In this document: positions 18,094 to 28,335 of the stretch, piece by piece
Layout: each line of letters starts with the position of its first letter
Numbering within the stretch: the first letter of the stretch is position 1
Source of the DNA: Dehalococcoidia bacterium
GTDB lineage: Bacteria; Chloroflexota; Dehalococcoidia; Bin125
Reading direction: 5' to 3'
Length of the DNA stretch: 64,000 nt
NCBI GenBank assembly: GCA_963555985.3
Contig: OY820591.1
Span: 2,624,001 to 2,688,000, forward strand
Notes under the pieces: generated by a model
The model's input: the letters and a program-made list of their open reading frames with translations, nothing else
Told to the model about the DNA's origin: nothing
Databases searched by the model: none
Position numbers and translations under genes: made by a program

Positions 18094-19626
18094 GTGACCA
18101 ACTCCGAGCGCGCCCGCACCATTGTCGACCTACTCGCCCAACACGACGACGCCAGCGACGCGATCGGCTCGCCCGGACGAGACCTGCTCTCATTCGCGGG
18201 ATTGCGCGAACAGATCGAGCAGACCGTCGCCCAACTCAACAGCTTCGGACTTGGCCGCGAGGACGGGATTGCGCTCGTGCTGCCCAACGGCGCCGAAATG
18301 GCGACCGCCTACCTCGGCGTCGCCTCCGCCGCCACCGCCGCGCCGCTCAACCCCGGCTATCGGGTTGACGAGTTCGACTTCTACCTGTCCGACCTGGAGG
18401 CAAAGGCAGTCATCGTCCAGGAGGGCGTCGACTCACCGGTGCGCATCGCCGCCGAACGGCTCGGTGTTCCCCTAATTGCGCTGATGCCAATCACGGACGG
18501 ACCGGCGGGACGCTTCCGTCTGCACTCAGACCTGAGTGGCACGCCGGAGCGCCCCGGCACAGCTGGCCCCGACGATGTCGGCTTGGTCCTGCACACATCC
18601 GGCACCACCTCTCGCCCCAAGATCGTCCCCCTCCGCCAGCGCAATCTCACCGCGACTGCGCACCATATCCGTGAGACGCTCTCACTCACGCCCGACGACC
18701 GCTGCCTCAACATCATGCCGCTGTTCCACATTCACGGCCTGATGGCTGGGATCATGGCCAGCGTGGGAGCGGGCGGCTGCACCTGGTGCTCGCCGGGCTT
18801 CAACGCGATGCAGGTCTTCGGCTGGCTGCGAGAAGCCAAACCGTCCTGGTACACCGCCGTCCCGACCATGCACCAGTTGATTCTGACTCGGGCGTCGCGC
18901 AACGCCGAGATCCTGGCCGAAACCGACCTCCGCTTGATCCGCTCCTCGTCCTCGTCCCTCCCGCCGACCGTCATGGCCGAACTCGAAGACACCTTCGGCG
19001 CGCCCGTGATCGAGTCCTACGGCATGACCGAAGCCGCCCACCAGATGACCTCCAATCCGCTCGGCGATGGTCGCCAGAAGCCCGGCTCGGTCGGATTGCC
19101 GGCGGGTCCCGATGTGGCGCTGATGGACGAAGACGGCGCCCTGCTCGCGCTCGGACAGCAGGGCGAAGTCGTGATCCGGGGCGAAAACGTCACCGACGGC
19201 TACCGCAACAACCCCGAGGCCAACGCCAGCGCCTACACCCGAGGCTGGTTCCGCACCGGCGACCAGGGCGTCTTCGACAACGACGGCTATCTCACCATCA
19301 CCGGACGCCTCAAAGAGATCATCAATCGCGGCGGCGAGAAAATCTCCCCCCGCGAGGTCGACGAAGCCCTGCTCCAGCACCCGTCCGTCGCCCAAGCCGT
19401 CACCTTCGCCATGCCCCACGACCGCCTCGGCGAAGAAGTCGCCGCCGCCGTCGTCCTGCGAGAAGGCCAGGACGCCGCCGAACGAGAAATTCGCCGCTTC
19501 GTCGGAGAACGAGTCGCCGACTTCAAGACCCCCCGCCGAATCGTCATCCTCAACGAAATCCCCAAAGGCGCAACCGGCAAAATCCAACGCATCGGCCTCG
19601 CCGAGAAATTGGGCCTGACGAAGTAG
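18094..19626 (+). CDS. Acyl-CoA synthetase (oxalate-CoA ligase-like)
   Basis: LHTSGTTSRPK, YGMTEAAHQ, GWFRTGD, KGATGK. Start is GTG 18094 (GGGAG RBS) or 18055. Confidence 0.92.
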   Translation: MTNSERARTIVDLLAQHDDASDAIGSPGRDLLSFAGLREQIEQTVAQLNSFGLGREDGIALVLPNGAEMATAYLGVASAATAAPLNPGYRVDEFDFYLSDLEAKAVIVQEGVDSPVRIAAERLGVPLIALMPITDGPAGRFRLHSDLSGTPERPGTAGPDDVGLVLHTSGTTSRPKIVPLRQRNLTATAHHIRETLSLTPDDRCLNIMPLFHIHGLMAGIMASVGAGGCTWCSPGFNAMQVFGWLREAKPSWYTAVPTMHQLILTRASRNAEILAETDLRLIRSSSSSLPPTVMAELEDTFGAPVIESYGMTEAAHQMTSNPLGDGRQKPGSVGLPAGPDVALMDEDGALLALGQQGEVVIRGENVTDGYRNNPEANASAYTRGWFRTGDQGVFDNDGYLTITGRLKEIINRGGEKISPREVDEALLQHPSVAQAVTFAMPHDRLGEEVAAAVVLREGQDAAEREIRRFVGERVADFKTPRRIVILNEIPKGATGKIQRIGLAEKLGLTK

Positions 19627-19633
19627 CGTTCTC

Positions 19634-19777
19634 CGTCATACCCACGCCCCCGTTCCCCGCCGTAACCGCGCCCCTATTCCCGTCATACCCGCGCTTGCCG
19701 CGGGTATCTCGCTGAGTCGAGCACCGACGTCCGTCCTGCACACAGCGAGATTGCTGCGACCGAGCGCGGCAATGACG
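19634..19777. repeat. Inverted CGTC-type REP pair between convergent genes
   Basis: CGTCATACCCGCGCTTGCCGCGGGTATCTCGCTG … CAGCGAGATTGCTGCGACCGAGCGCGGCAATGACG. Confidence 0.8.
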
Positions 19778-19788
19778 ACATCCTTCCC

Positions 19789-20316
19789 CTACGTCTTCGA
19801 ATCAATACTCCGCAGCAAATCCCGGATCTCCACCAACAACTCGTTCTCGCTCGATGCAGCCGCAGTAGCCGCAGGCGCCCCGCCCTCCTGCAAGATCTCT
19901 CGCTGACGCAGCACCGCATCGCGGAACGCCGCCGCATCCACTACCCCGATCAGACTCCCCTCCGACCCCGTCGTGCCCGACTGACCCGCCGTCTCCACCT
20001 TCAACCCCTGAATCCCGCTCATCCGCATCAACGGATCGTCGTGCAGACGCACATCCGTAATCCGATCCAGCGGAATCGTGCTGTCGGAGCGGAAATAGAC
20101 CCCGCGCGTCAACTCCAGCGACGACTGCGTCAGCTTCGCGCTGAAGCGATCGTAGGCCCGGGGCAGATAGGACACGCTCCAGATCAGCCAGAACGGGATC
20201 AGCGGAATCCCTACGACGGTGATCACCAGCAGCAGCGACACCGCCAGCCGCCCGTAGCCCATCACGCGACGGTCGAACTCCGCTTCCAGCAATACGGCGT
20301 CTCTGGAGGAAGTCAT
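19789..20316 (-). CDS. bPH_2 (bacterial PH domain) membrane protein
   Basis: Two TMs, then TIPLDRITDV…LKVETAG; start trimmed to MTSSRDA. Confidence 0.8.
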   Translation of the reverse strand: MTSSRDAVLLEAEFDRRVMGYGRLAVSLLLVITVVGIPLIPFWLIWSVSYLPRAYDRFSAKLTQSSLELTRGVYFRSDSTIPLDRITDVRLHDDPLMRMSGIQGLKVETAGQSGTTGSEGSLIGVVDAAAFRDAVLRQREILQEGGAPAATAAASSENELLVEIRDLLRSIDSKT

Positions 20317-20397
20317 GGCGCTGCTCCAATGGTGCGGTCTGAGATTCGCTGCGAATATAAGTGAATCCCGACCGCTGCGTACGACTCGGAGCTCGAC

Positions 20398-21333
20398 ATG
20401 GAATTCGGCATTCACCTGGTCCAGCAGAACACCACGATTGAGGAGTGCCGCGCACTCTGGCGTTGGGCCGACACCGCCGGCTTCACCTGGATCGACGTCT
20501 CCGATCACTTCTACGAGTCGCCCATGACCGAGAAGCAGGCCCCCTACCTCGAATGCCTCGCCTGCCTGGCTGCGCTCGCCTGCGACACCGAACATGTTCG
20601 GATCGGGACCTGCGTGCTGGCTATGGACTACCGCCACCCGGCCGTCCTCGCCAACGCCCTCGCCACGATCGACCAACTCTCGAACGGGCGCCTGGAGGCC
20701 GGACTCGGCGCAGGCTGGAACGTGCAGGAGTATGCCGCCTACGGCATTCCCTTTGAGCGGATCGGGCGGCGTCTGGATCGGCTCGAAGAGGGCATCCAGG
20801 TGCTGCGCGCGTTGTGGGAGGAACCGCGCGCCAACTTTCAGGGCGAGCACTACCAACTCACCGACGCGCTCTGCGAACCCAAACCGGTCCAGACTCGCAT
20901 CCCGATCTGGATCGGCGGCAACGGCGAACGACGCACGCTCAGAATGATCGCGCGCCGCGCCGACGGCTGGAACTCGCCCTACGTGACCGTCGAACAGTGG
21001 CAGCGTCTGAGCGGCGTGCTCGATCAGTGGTGCGAAGTCGAAAAACGCGACCCCGCCGCCATCCTGCGCGATGTCAACCTCTCCTTCCATCTCGCCGCCA
21101 GCGAAGCCGATCGAGCCAAGGCCGAGGCCCACTTCGCCGAAGTCTTCGGCCCCGCCGGAGACAGCTTCCGTCAGCGCGGCGCGATCCTCGGTACGCCCTC
21201 CGAGGCCATCGACATCCTCACCGCCTACGCCGAAGCCGGCGTCAACCGAGTCAACATCACCCTGCGCCCGCCCTGGGACTGGGACGCGCTCCATGCCTTC
21301 GCGGACGGGGTCATGCCCAGCTTCACGCCCTAG
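20398..21333 (+). CDS. LLM-class (probably F420-dependent) oxidoreductase
   Basis: VSDHF, YRHPAVLA, LSNGRLEAGLGAGW, PIWIGG. Confidence 0.92.
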   Translation: MEFGIHLVQQNTTIEECRALWRWADTAGFTWIDVSDHFYESPMTEKQAPYLECLACLAALACDTEHVRIGTCVLAMDYRHPAVLANALATIDQLSNGRLEAGLGAGWNVQEYAAYGIPFERIGRRLDRLEEGIQVLRALWEEPRANFQGEHYQLTDALCEPKPVQTRIPIWIGGNGERRTLRMIARRADGWNSPYVTVEQWQRLSGVLDQWCEVEKRDPAAILRDVNLSFHLAASEADRAKAEAHFAEVFGPAGDSFRQRGAILGTPSEAIDILTAYAEAGVNRVNITLRPPWDWDALHAFADGVMPSFTP

Positions 21334-21440
21334 GACATGTTCAGACTGCGGGAAGTGTGCCGGCGCTGTTTGGCGGGAGAATTTCGGAGGGATTGAGCGG
21401 ATCTCCTGTTGAGCGCTGCGGATCGTGCGTTTGTGGGTCT

Positions 21441-21520
21441 GGATTTGTCCAGATTTGTCCAGATCCGTCTGGATTCGTCTCGATTCGGGCAGATTTTTCC
21501 GGAAGAATCCGGGCATGTCC
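21441..21520. repeat. Degenerate decamer tandem array (8 x 10 bp)
   Basis: ggatttgtcc agatttgtcc agatccgtct ggattcgtct cgattcgggc agatttttcc ggaagaatcc gggcatgtcc. Confidence 0.6.
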
Positions 21521-21699
21521 AGCAGCGTCCGGGTTTGGAGCGAGTCGTTTGTGGGACACAGCGGTCTCTCATTGGCTTCGTGCGCGTATATGTTCTGAGC
21601 ATACCCGGTTTCGGCTCGGTTGCGGAGGGCGGAGAGGGGATCGCGCGATGTGAAGTTGGCGGTACGACCAGATCTGGAGGTGGCTTCGGACTTGAGAGG

Positions 21700-21875
21700 T
21701 TCGTGATTCCTGCCCCCTGTTCAGGCCAGGGGCAGGCTGCGCGGGAATGACGGATATGGGGATTACGCGCAGCGGGGACCCCCTCTGTCCCCCGCCTACG
21801 CGGGGGCAGGCTCTACGTGACATCTCCCTCCCCGCCTACGCGGGGACAGGCTCCGCAAGGGAGGAGAGGGGGTCT
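21700..21875. repeat. Nested palindromic (REP-like) cluster upstream of the FN3 gene
   Basis: CCCCGCCTACGCGGGG(G/A)CAGGCT twice, CCCCTGTTCAGGCCAGGGGCAGGCT, GCGGGAATGACG. Confidence 0.75.
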
Positions 21876-21987
21876 CCACCGCACTCGGCGCAATCGTGAC
21901 AGCCATATATCGACATCCGCTCTCAGATGAAGGCCATATCAACGTTCTTGTAGGCTGAAGGCTGAAACGCAACCCAGAGGCGCGACT

Positions 21988-24900
21988 ATGACCACGCCAC
22001 GAACCTTTGCCGCCTGGCCGGTGGCGCTCGCGCTCGCCATTCTGATCGCACTCGCCTGCGCCGCGACCGGCGTCCTCAGCGCCGACACCAAGACCCCGCC
22101 CGGCAAACCGAGCATCAGCTCCGTCACGGTCGGCGACCGCCAACTGACCGTCAACTGGGGGGCGGCCACCACGCCGAGCGATAAGCCCGTCGTCGACTAC
22201 CAGGTGGAATACCGCTCCGGCAGCAGCGGCGACTGGACGATGGCCTCCGACTTCAGCATCTCCTTCGAGTCCGCCGTACAGACCGGCAACGACACCACCT
22301 GGGCCCACAACCGCAACCCGCTCGATCTGGGCACGGTCACCGGCGACGCCGCCCCCTACATCGAGCGCACCAAGGGCGGACGCCACAACCTCGACGGCGT
22401 CTACCGACTCAAGCAGACCGTCGCCGCCGTGCGCGTCACCGTCAACGGCACCACCGACGGCGCGGGAACCCTGCGCTCGAACTACACCGACTCGCCGATC
22501 ACCGACCTGCGACACAACGGCAAGAGCATGGGTGCCAACGTGGTCAACGCCTCAGGGACCAGCTTCGAGCTGATCGGCGTCGTCCAGGACCTGCTCGCCA
22601 ACTCCTACATCTGGATCGACGGCTGGGACCAGACCTCGACCAACACGACCTTCCCCGAATTCGACGAGATCACGGTCACCGACCGCCGCCTGAAGATCGA
22701 CATCGCCACCGCCTCGACCGCGACCAACACGATCATCAGCGGCCTGACCAACCAGCAGAGCTACCAGGTGCGGGTCCGCGCCCGCAACAGCGACGGCTGG
22801 GGCGCCTGGTCCGACGCCTCCAGCGGGACGCCGCTGGGCGTCGCCGACGCGCCCGCCGGCCTCTCCTCGGTCTCGGGCAATAACCGGCTCGCCCTCAGTT
22901 GGAGCGCCCCGACCAACAGCGGCGGCTACGCGATCACCGACTACGACATCCAGTACCGCGCCCAGACCGGCCAGACCTGGGGAAGCTGGACCGACTGGCA
23001 GGCGAGCACAGTCAGCACCAGCACCAGCACGACGATCAACAGCGGCATCGTCAACGGCACGAACTACCAGGTCCGCGTGCGCGCCGTGAACAGCGCCGGC
23101 GACGGCGACTGGTCAGCATTGGTCACCGACACGGCGGGCAAACCCTCGCAGCCCAGCTTCGCGCTCTCCACCGTCCAACGCCCGCTGCCCGCCGGCAAAT
23201 CGGATCGCGGCGGACTGCTCTCGATGGTGCTCAACGCGCCCGGCAACGGCAGCGCCGTCAGCGACTACGACCTCCGCTACCGCGCATCGGGCACGAGCAC
23301 CTGGTACACCTACCGCGACCGCTCGCATGATTCGGGCCGGCTGACGGACAGTAAGGTCGTCAGCAACACCGTTCCGATCGATTTCGGCACGTTCAGCACC
23401 CCGTCCGGCGCGGTCGGAGTGGCGCGCGAGGCTCTCGGCTCCGGCTACGTGTACAAGTTCAGCAAGGCCGTCGACGAGCTCTGGATCCGCGCCAGCGGCA
23501 CGATCAGCGGAGGCGGCACCGTCGTCGCGCACTGGCACACCTCGAAGCCGACCGCCGCCCAGGTCGCCACGCTGGGCACGCAAATCTTCTCGGTCAACAC
23601 CTCGGTCAACGCCAAATCCGAGCACACCTTCTGGCAGGACGGCTGGGTCGTCAACCTGCCCGCCGACGGCTACATCTGGTTCTACACCACGGACTCCGAG
23701 ACGCTGACCAAGCGCCGCCTGATGCTCGACTTCACCGACAACACGGCGCTCCCGCCGCAGGTCAACGACACCGGCACGCGGACGACGAGCGAAACCGTGG
23801 GTGTCTCGAGCAACGTCGTCGATCCGATCGACTTCGGCGCCTTCGCCACGCCGTCGGGCGGCGTGGCGGTGACGCGCGAGAGCGTGAGCAACAAGGCCGG
23901 CTACTACAAGATCGGCGCCGCCACCGAGCGGCTCTGGATTCGGGTCAGCGGCAAGTTCAGCGGCAGCCCGGTCAAGGTGATCGCCTGTTGGCTGACCAGC
24001 AAGCCGACCAACCCCTTCTTTGATTGCAACGATTTCCAACACCCAGAGCGGAAGTTGTTCACTGTGAAGAGCCAATTAGTCGGCGGGATCGCCACCTTCG
24101 ATGCGTCGAGCTGGGTCTACAACCTGCCCGCCAACAGCTACATCTGGTTCTACACCGAGGGGCTGACTACGGCAGACAATGCGAGCACGCTGACCGAGCA
24201 CCGGCTGCAACTGGACTTCGACCGCGGGCGGATCGTGCTCAGCGGCCTGCGCAACGGCACGACCTACGAACTCCAGGCCCGCGCCAAGAACGCGCGCGGC
24301 TGGGGCGCCTGGAGTCCCTCCGTCTCGGGCACGCCGGGCGCGCCGACGCCGCCGGAGATCAACACGCTGCCGAAGAACGCCTCGCTGGATCTGAGTTGGG
24401 CCGCCCCGTCGGACAACGGATCGGCGGTCAGCGGCTACGACGTGCAGTACCGCAACGCATCGTCGGGGGGCTGGTCGTCGTGGCCGCACGCGGGTACGAC
24501 CCGCAGCGCCACGATTACGGGGTTGACCAACAACACCGAGTACGAAGTCCGCGTCCGCGCCAGGAACGCAGTCGGAAACGGCCCCTGGTCGACCGTCAAG
24601 GCCACGCCCATCCCGGAGAAGCCCGACGCTCCCGCCGCGCCCACGCTCACCTCCAGCGGCACCACCATGACCGTCAGTTGGACCGCGCCCTCGGCCAACG
24701 GCGCCGACATCAGCGACTACGACATCGAATACTCGTCCGACAACGGCACGACCTGGATGCCCCACCTGCATCGTTCCTACACCTCGACGCTCACCACCAG
24801 TGACACGACCACCCAGAACGTCCCGCTCGACTTCGGCACGCTGAGTCCGATTGGCCTCACGGTGACCAACGAGTCGGTCAACAACAACGCAGGCGTCTAC

Positions 24901-27900
24901 AAGGTCGGCCAGACGCTCGGCGCGCTCCAGGTGCATGTGAGCGCCATGTCCACCCCGTCCGGGACCCTCAACGTCCGCTACGCCAACACCAAGCCGATCG
25001 CCGAGACGATGTACTACCACGGTACGAAGCTGTTCAGCCTCAACCTCAACCCGAACGCCTCGGTCAGCGGCTCCGGCACGATCCCCGCGCCGCCGGCGAA
25101 CTCCTACTTCTGGGCCTCGAGCACGCTGGAGTTGTCGATCTCCACCCGCACCATCAGCCTCCACTGGCCCACCGTCTCGACCAGCACCAGCGACACGATC
25201 TCCAGCCTGACCAACGGCACGGCCTACCGGGTCCGCGTGCGCGCCCGCAACTCCGTGGGCACGAGCGACTGGTCGACCGCCGCGACCCACGCCATCGGAC
25301 GGCCCAGCCCGCCCACCGCCCCGACCCTGACCAGCAAAGATACGAAGATCACCGCGAAGTGGGACGCCCCCGCCAGCCCCGTCACGATCATCGACTACGA
25401 CGTCCGCTACTGCTCGTCCAGCTGCAACGTCGACGCCAACTGGACGCCGCTCGCCGACGTCACGAACAGCACGTCGCTGAGCGAGACGATCAGCGGTCTG
25501 AACAACGGCACCACCTACTACGTGCAGGTGCGGGCCGAGGCCAGCGTCGGCGCCGGCCCCTGGTCGCCCAGCGCCAGCATCAAGGCCGGCCTGCCCGAGG
25601 CGCCCTCAGGGATCGGGTTGGAGTCGGGTAACGACACGCTGGTCGTGACCTGGACCGCGCCGTCCGGCAACGGGTCGCTGCTCACCGGCTACGACTTCAG
25701 ATACTCGTCCGACAGTGGAACCAACTGGACCGAGGTCTCGCTGAGCACCGTCCCGCCGAACCCGAGCCACAGCCTGTCCGGCCTGAGCAACGGCACTGCC
25801 TATCAAGTGCAGGTGCGAGCCAAGAACCAGCACGGCGTCGGTCCCTGGTCGGACTCCGGAACGGAGACGCCCGGCAAGCCGCTCGCTCTGTCCGCGCCCA
25901 CCCTGGCCGCCGCCGACCACAAGTTCCTCGTCAGCTGGTCCGCCGCCACCGACAACGGCTCCGCGATCAGCGACTACGACGTGCGCTACAAGAAGAGCAG
26001 CGCCTCGAACTGGTCGGAGATCGACGACACCAGCGCCAGCGCCGCGACCAGCGCGGTGATCACCGGGCTCACGCCGGAGACGACCTACCTGGTCCAGGTG
26101 CGAGCGACGAACACCCACGGCGACAGCGCCTGGTCGGCGTCGGCCACGCTCAAGCTGCCGGTCTCGCCGGTGCCGCAACTGTTCGGCGTGCGCTACTGCG
26201 ATCCGGCTGCGCTGAACCAGGTCTGGGTCGATTACGACTGCTTCATCAAGGCCGGTCAGCACGGGACGAAGCCGTTCGACGCCGCCCGCATCGCCTCCGG
26301 CGGCAACTACGTCGAGTTGTACGACTACATCAGTTCGGCGCAGACGGTCGTGGCCCTGGGATACAACCCGCAAGGCGGCCTCGCCATCGTCGAGACCACG
26401 CTCAACGGCGTCGTCCAGGACACCTTCCAGATCGACGTAATCCGCTTCAGCATCCGCGATCACAGCGTCAGCGGAAGCCTCAAGGCAGGCGAGTGGTCCA
26501 CCCTCACCGTCTACCTGCACAGCCCCCAACACGGTTCGCCCGACATCTTCGAGAAGAACGGCCTTGATTACGCCCGCACCTGGGTGCGACTCGAGCTGCC
26601 CAACCAGATGATTGGACGGGACCGTCTGGGCACCAACACCGTCAATCCGGTTCAGGTCGCCGGTCAATACGGCGACAGCGTGACGTTCCAGATCCAGGCG
26701 ATCAATCCCGGCGCGTACAGCTTTACGGTCAAAGCCTTCCGCCCCGCGCCCGACCCCGATTGCACCAGCGCGCTCAAGTGCTTCACCCCGCCGAACCCGC
26801 AGACGCAGGTTCAATACGAGACGTCGGTCTCCGCCCAAGCCACCTTCGCCGCGCCCAACCCGCCCGCCGCGCCCGCCAACCTCTCCGCCAGCGCCGGCGA
26901 CGGCAGCATCACCCTCAGCTGGGACGATCCGCAGAACCCGACGATCAGCGGCTACGAGTACAACGTCAACCACAACGACACCGGCACCGGCAACCTGAGC
27001 GGCTGGAGCGCCTGGCAGAGCATCGCCGGCAGCAATGCGCAGACCACCAGTCACACGCTCAGCGGTCTGACCAACGGTCGCGAGTACCGCTTCCACGTCC
27101 GCGCGGTCAACGCGGGCGGCGCCGGTACCGGCGCGCCCAACGCGGCTCCCTGGTACGTATCGGCGACGCCCGAAGCGCCGCCCGATCCGCCCGCCGCGCC
27201 GTCGTCGGTGAGCGTGACGCGGGCCGATGGGACGCTCACGGCGTCGTGGGACGCTCCCGATGGCGCGACCAGCTACGAGATCAAGTACAGCGACAATGGC
27301 GGCTCGAGCTGGCAGACCGCCGCCTCCGATCACACCTTGACCAGCATTGACATCAACGTCACCAACAGCAGCACCTACATCGTCGCCGTCCGCGCCGGCA
27401 ACGAGGGCGGCGACAGCGGTTGGCGCAACTCGTCGCCCGCGGATCCCTTCGTCCCGCCGCCGACCAATCCGCCGGGCGCGGTCTCGTCTGTCAGCGTCAC
27501 CCGTGCCGACGGTACGCTCACCGCCTCCTGGGACGCGCCCGACGGCGCGAGCAAGTACCACGTCACCTACACCGACGACGGCGGCAAGAGTTGGCACGCG
27601 CCCGTCGACGACCACATGAACATCCCCAGCAACAGCCTCACGTTCAGCGTCGACAACGCCAAGACCTACATCATCGGCGTCCGCGCCGGCAACGAGATCG
27701 GCTGGAGCGGCTGGGTCAACTCGCCATCCTCAGGCCCCTACACCCCGCCCAACACACCCCCGACCAATCCGCCCGGCCCGGTCTCCGGATTCAGCGTCAC
27801 CCGCGCCGACGGAACCCTGACCGCGACCTGGGACGCCCCCGACGGCGCGAGCAAGTACCACGTCACTTACAGCGACGACGGCGGCAAGAGTTGGCACGCG

Positions 27901-28050
27901 CCCGTCGACGACCACATGAACGTCCCCAGCAACAGCCTCACGTTCAGCGTCGACAACGCCAAGACCTACATCATCGGAGTCCGAGCCGGCAACGAGATCG
28001 GCTGGAGCGGCTGGCGCAACTCTCCATCGGCAGGGCCGTTCATCCCCTAG
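21988..28050 (+). CDS. Large secreted fibronectin type III repeat protein (2020 aa)
   Basis: Signal peptide; more than 10 FN3 units (W..P…Y.V.Y…GL.NG..Y.V.VRA.N..G.G.WS). Confidence 0.92.
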   Translation: MTTPRTFAAWPVALALAILIALACAATGVLSADTKTPPGKPSISSVTVGDRQLTVNWGAATTPSDKPVVDYQVEYRSGSSGDWTMASDFSISFESAVQTGNDTTWAHNRNPLDLGTVTGDAAPYIERTKGGRHNLDGVYRLKQTVAAVRVTVNGTTDGAGTLRSNYTDSPITDLRHNGKSMGANVVNASGTSFELIGVVQDLLANSYIWIDGWDQTSTNTTFPEFDEITVTDRRLKIDIATASTATNTIISGLTNQQSYQVRVRARNSDGWGAWSDASSGTPLGVADAPAGLSSVSGNNRLALSWSAPTNSGGYAITDYDIQYRAQTGQTWGSWTDWQASTVSTSTSTTINSGIVNGTNYQVRVRAVNSAGDGDWSALVTDTAGKPSQPSFALSTVQRPLPAGKSDRGGLLSMVLNAPGNGSAVSDYDLRYRASGTSTWYTYRDRSHDSGRLTDSKVVSNTVPIDFGTFSTPSGAVGVAREALGSGYVYKFSKAVDELWIRASGTISGGGTVVAHWHTSKPTAAQVATLGTQIFSVNTSVNAKSEHTFWQDGWVVNLPADGYIWFYTTDSETLTKRRLMLDFTDNTALPPQVNDTGTRTTSETVGVSSNVVDPIDFGAFATPSGGVAVTRESVSNKAGYYKIGAATERLWIRVSGKFSGSPVKVIACWLTSKPTNPFFDCNDFQHPERKLFTVKSQLVGGIATFDASSWVYNLPANSYIWFYTEGLTTADNASTLTEHRLQLDFDRGRIVLSGLRNGTTYELQARAKNARGWGAWSPSVSGTPGAPTPPEINTLPKNASLDLSWAAPSDNGSAVSGYDVQYRNASSGGWSSWPHAGTTRSATITGLTNNTEYEVRVRARNAVGNGPWSTVKATPIPEKPDAPAAPTLTSSGTTMTVSWTAPSANGADISDYDIEYSSDNGTTWMPHLHRSYTSTLTTSDTTTQNVPLDFGTLSPIGLTVTNESVNNNAGVYKVGQTLGALQVHVSAMSTPSGTLNVRYANTKPIAETMYYHGTKLFSLNLNPNASVSGSGTIPAPPANSYFWASSTLELSISTRTISLHWPTVSTSTSDTISSLTNGTAYRVRVRARNSVGTSDWSTAATHAIGRPSPPTAPTLTSKDTKITAKWDAPASPVTIIDYDVRYCSSSCNVDANWTPLADVTNSTSLSETISGLNNGTTYYVQVRAEASVGAGPWSPSASIKAGLPEAPSGIGLESGNDTLVVTWTAPSGNGSLLTGYDFRYSSDSGTNWTEVSLSTVPPNPSHSLSGLSNGTAYQVQVRAKNQHGVGPWSDSGTETPGKPLALSAPTLAAADHKFLVSWSAATDNGSAISDYDVRYKKSSASNWSEIDDTSASAATSAVITGLTPETTYLVQVRATNTHGDSAWSASATLKLPVSPVPQLFGVRYCDPAALNQVWVDYDCFIKAGQHGTKPFDAARIASGGNYVELYDYISSAQTVVALGYNPQGGLAIVETTLNGVVQDTFQIDVIRFSIRDHSVSGSLKAGEWSTLTVYLHSPQHGSPDIFEKNGLDYARTWVRLELPNQMIGRDRLGTNTVNPVQVAGQYGDSVTFQIQAINPGAYSFTVKAFRPAPDPDCTSALKCFTPPNPQTQVQYETSVSAQATFAAPNPPAAPANLSASAGDGSITLSWDDPQNPTISGYEYNVNHNDTGTGNLSGWSAWQSIAGSNAQTTSHTLSGLTNGREYRFHVRAVNAGGAGTGAPNAAPWYVSATPEAPPDPPAAPSSVSVTRADGTLTASWDAPDGATSYEIKYSDNGGSSWQTAASDHTLTSIDINVTNSSTYIVAVRAGNEGGDSGWRNSSPADPFVPPPTNPPGAVSSVSVTRADGTLTASWDAPDGASKYHVTYTDDGGKSWHAPVDDHMNIPSNSLTFSVDNAKTYIIGVRAGNEIGWSGWVNSPSSGPYTPPNTPPTNPPGPVSGFSVTRADGTLTATWDAPDGASKYHVTYSDDGGKSWHAPVDDHMNVPSNSLTFSVDNAKTYIIGVRAGNEIGWSGWRNSPSAGPFIP
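27460..28047 (+). repeat. 300-bp near-identical intragenic duplication (last two FN3 domains)
   Basis: Units start ccgaccaatccg at 27460 and 27760; a more diverged third unit lies at ~27180. Confidence 0.9.
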
Positions 28051-28335
28051 TCAGACGTGTCCCCGCTCGGTGAGTAGTTGTTCGTATTGCTCGCGGGACA
28101 TAGAACAGTCGACGAGACGGTCGAACTCGCGATTCGTCAGTTTGCAATCGCTGGCCATGAACGCAGCCAGGCGGTTGCCGATGTCGCGTCGGGAGCCTCG
28201 CGACATCGAGGTACTGACGCTGCTTCTGCCGCCGTCTTGGGTGTAGAAGAAGTACCGCCGATGCCGCTTCTGCTCACGAACCAGGAAGCCCTTCCGACGA
28301 AGCGCCGCATCGACATCACGCGCTTTATGCGCCAT
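28051..28335 (-). CDS. HicA-like toxin
   Basis: Basic 94 aa, ALRRKGF…H..Y…DI…M…L; homologous to 39350..39634. Confidence 0.7.
   Translation of the reverse strand: MAHKARDVDAALRRKGFLVREQKRHRRYFFYTQDGGRSSVSTSMSRGSRRDIGNRLAAFMASDCKLTNREFDRLVDCSMSREQYEQLLTERGHV

Noticed and set aside
20317-21516. 575-aa version of the 19789 ORF, and similar 5' extensions (5727-7226, 16486, 45386, 10706, 11691)
   Set aside because: The extensions overlap real genes or repeats; family motifs begin only at the downstream starts used above.
27460-28047. Near-identical 300-bp repeats at the FN3 C-terminus as a DGR TR/VR pair
   Set aside because: Both copies are in-frame coding, differences are mostly synonymous and not adenine-specific, and there is no reverse transcriptase nearby.
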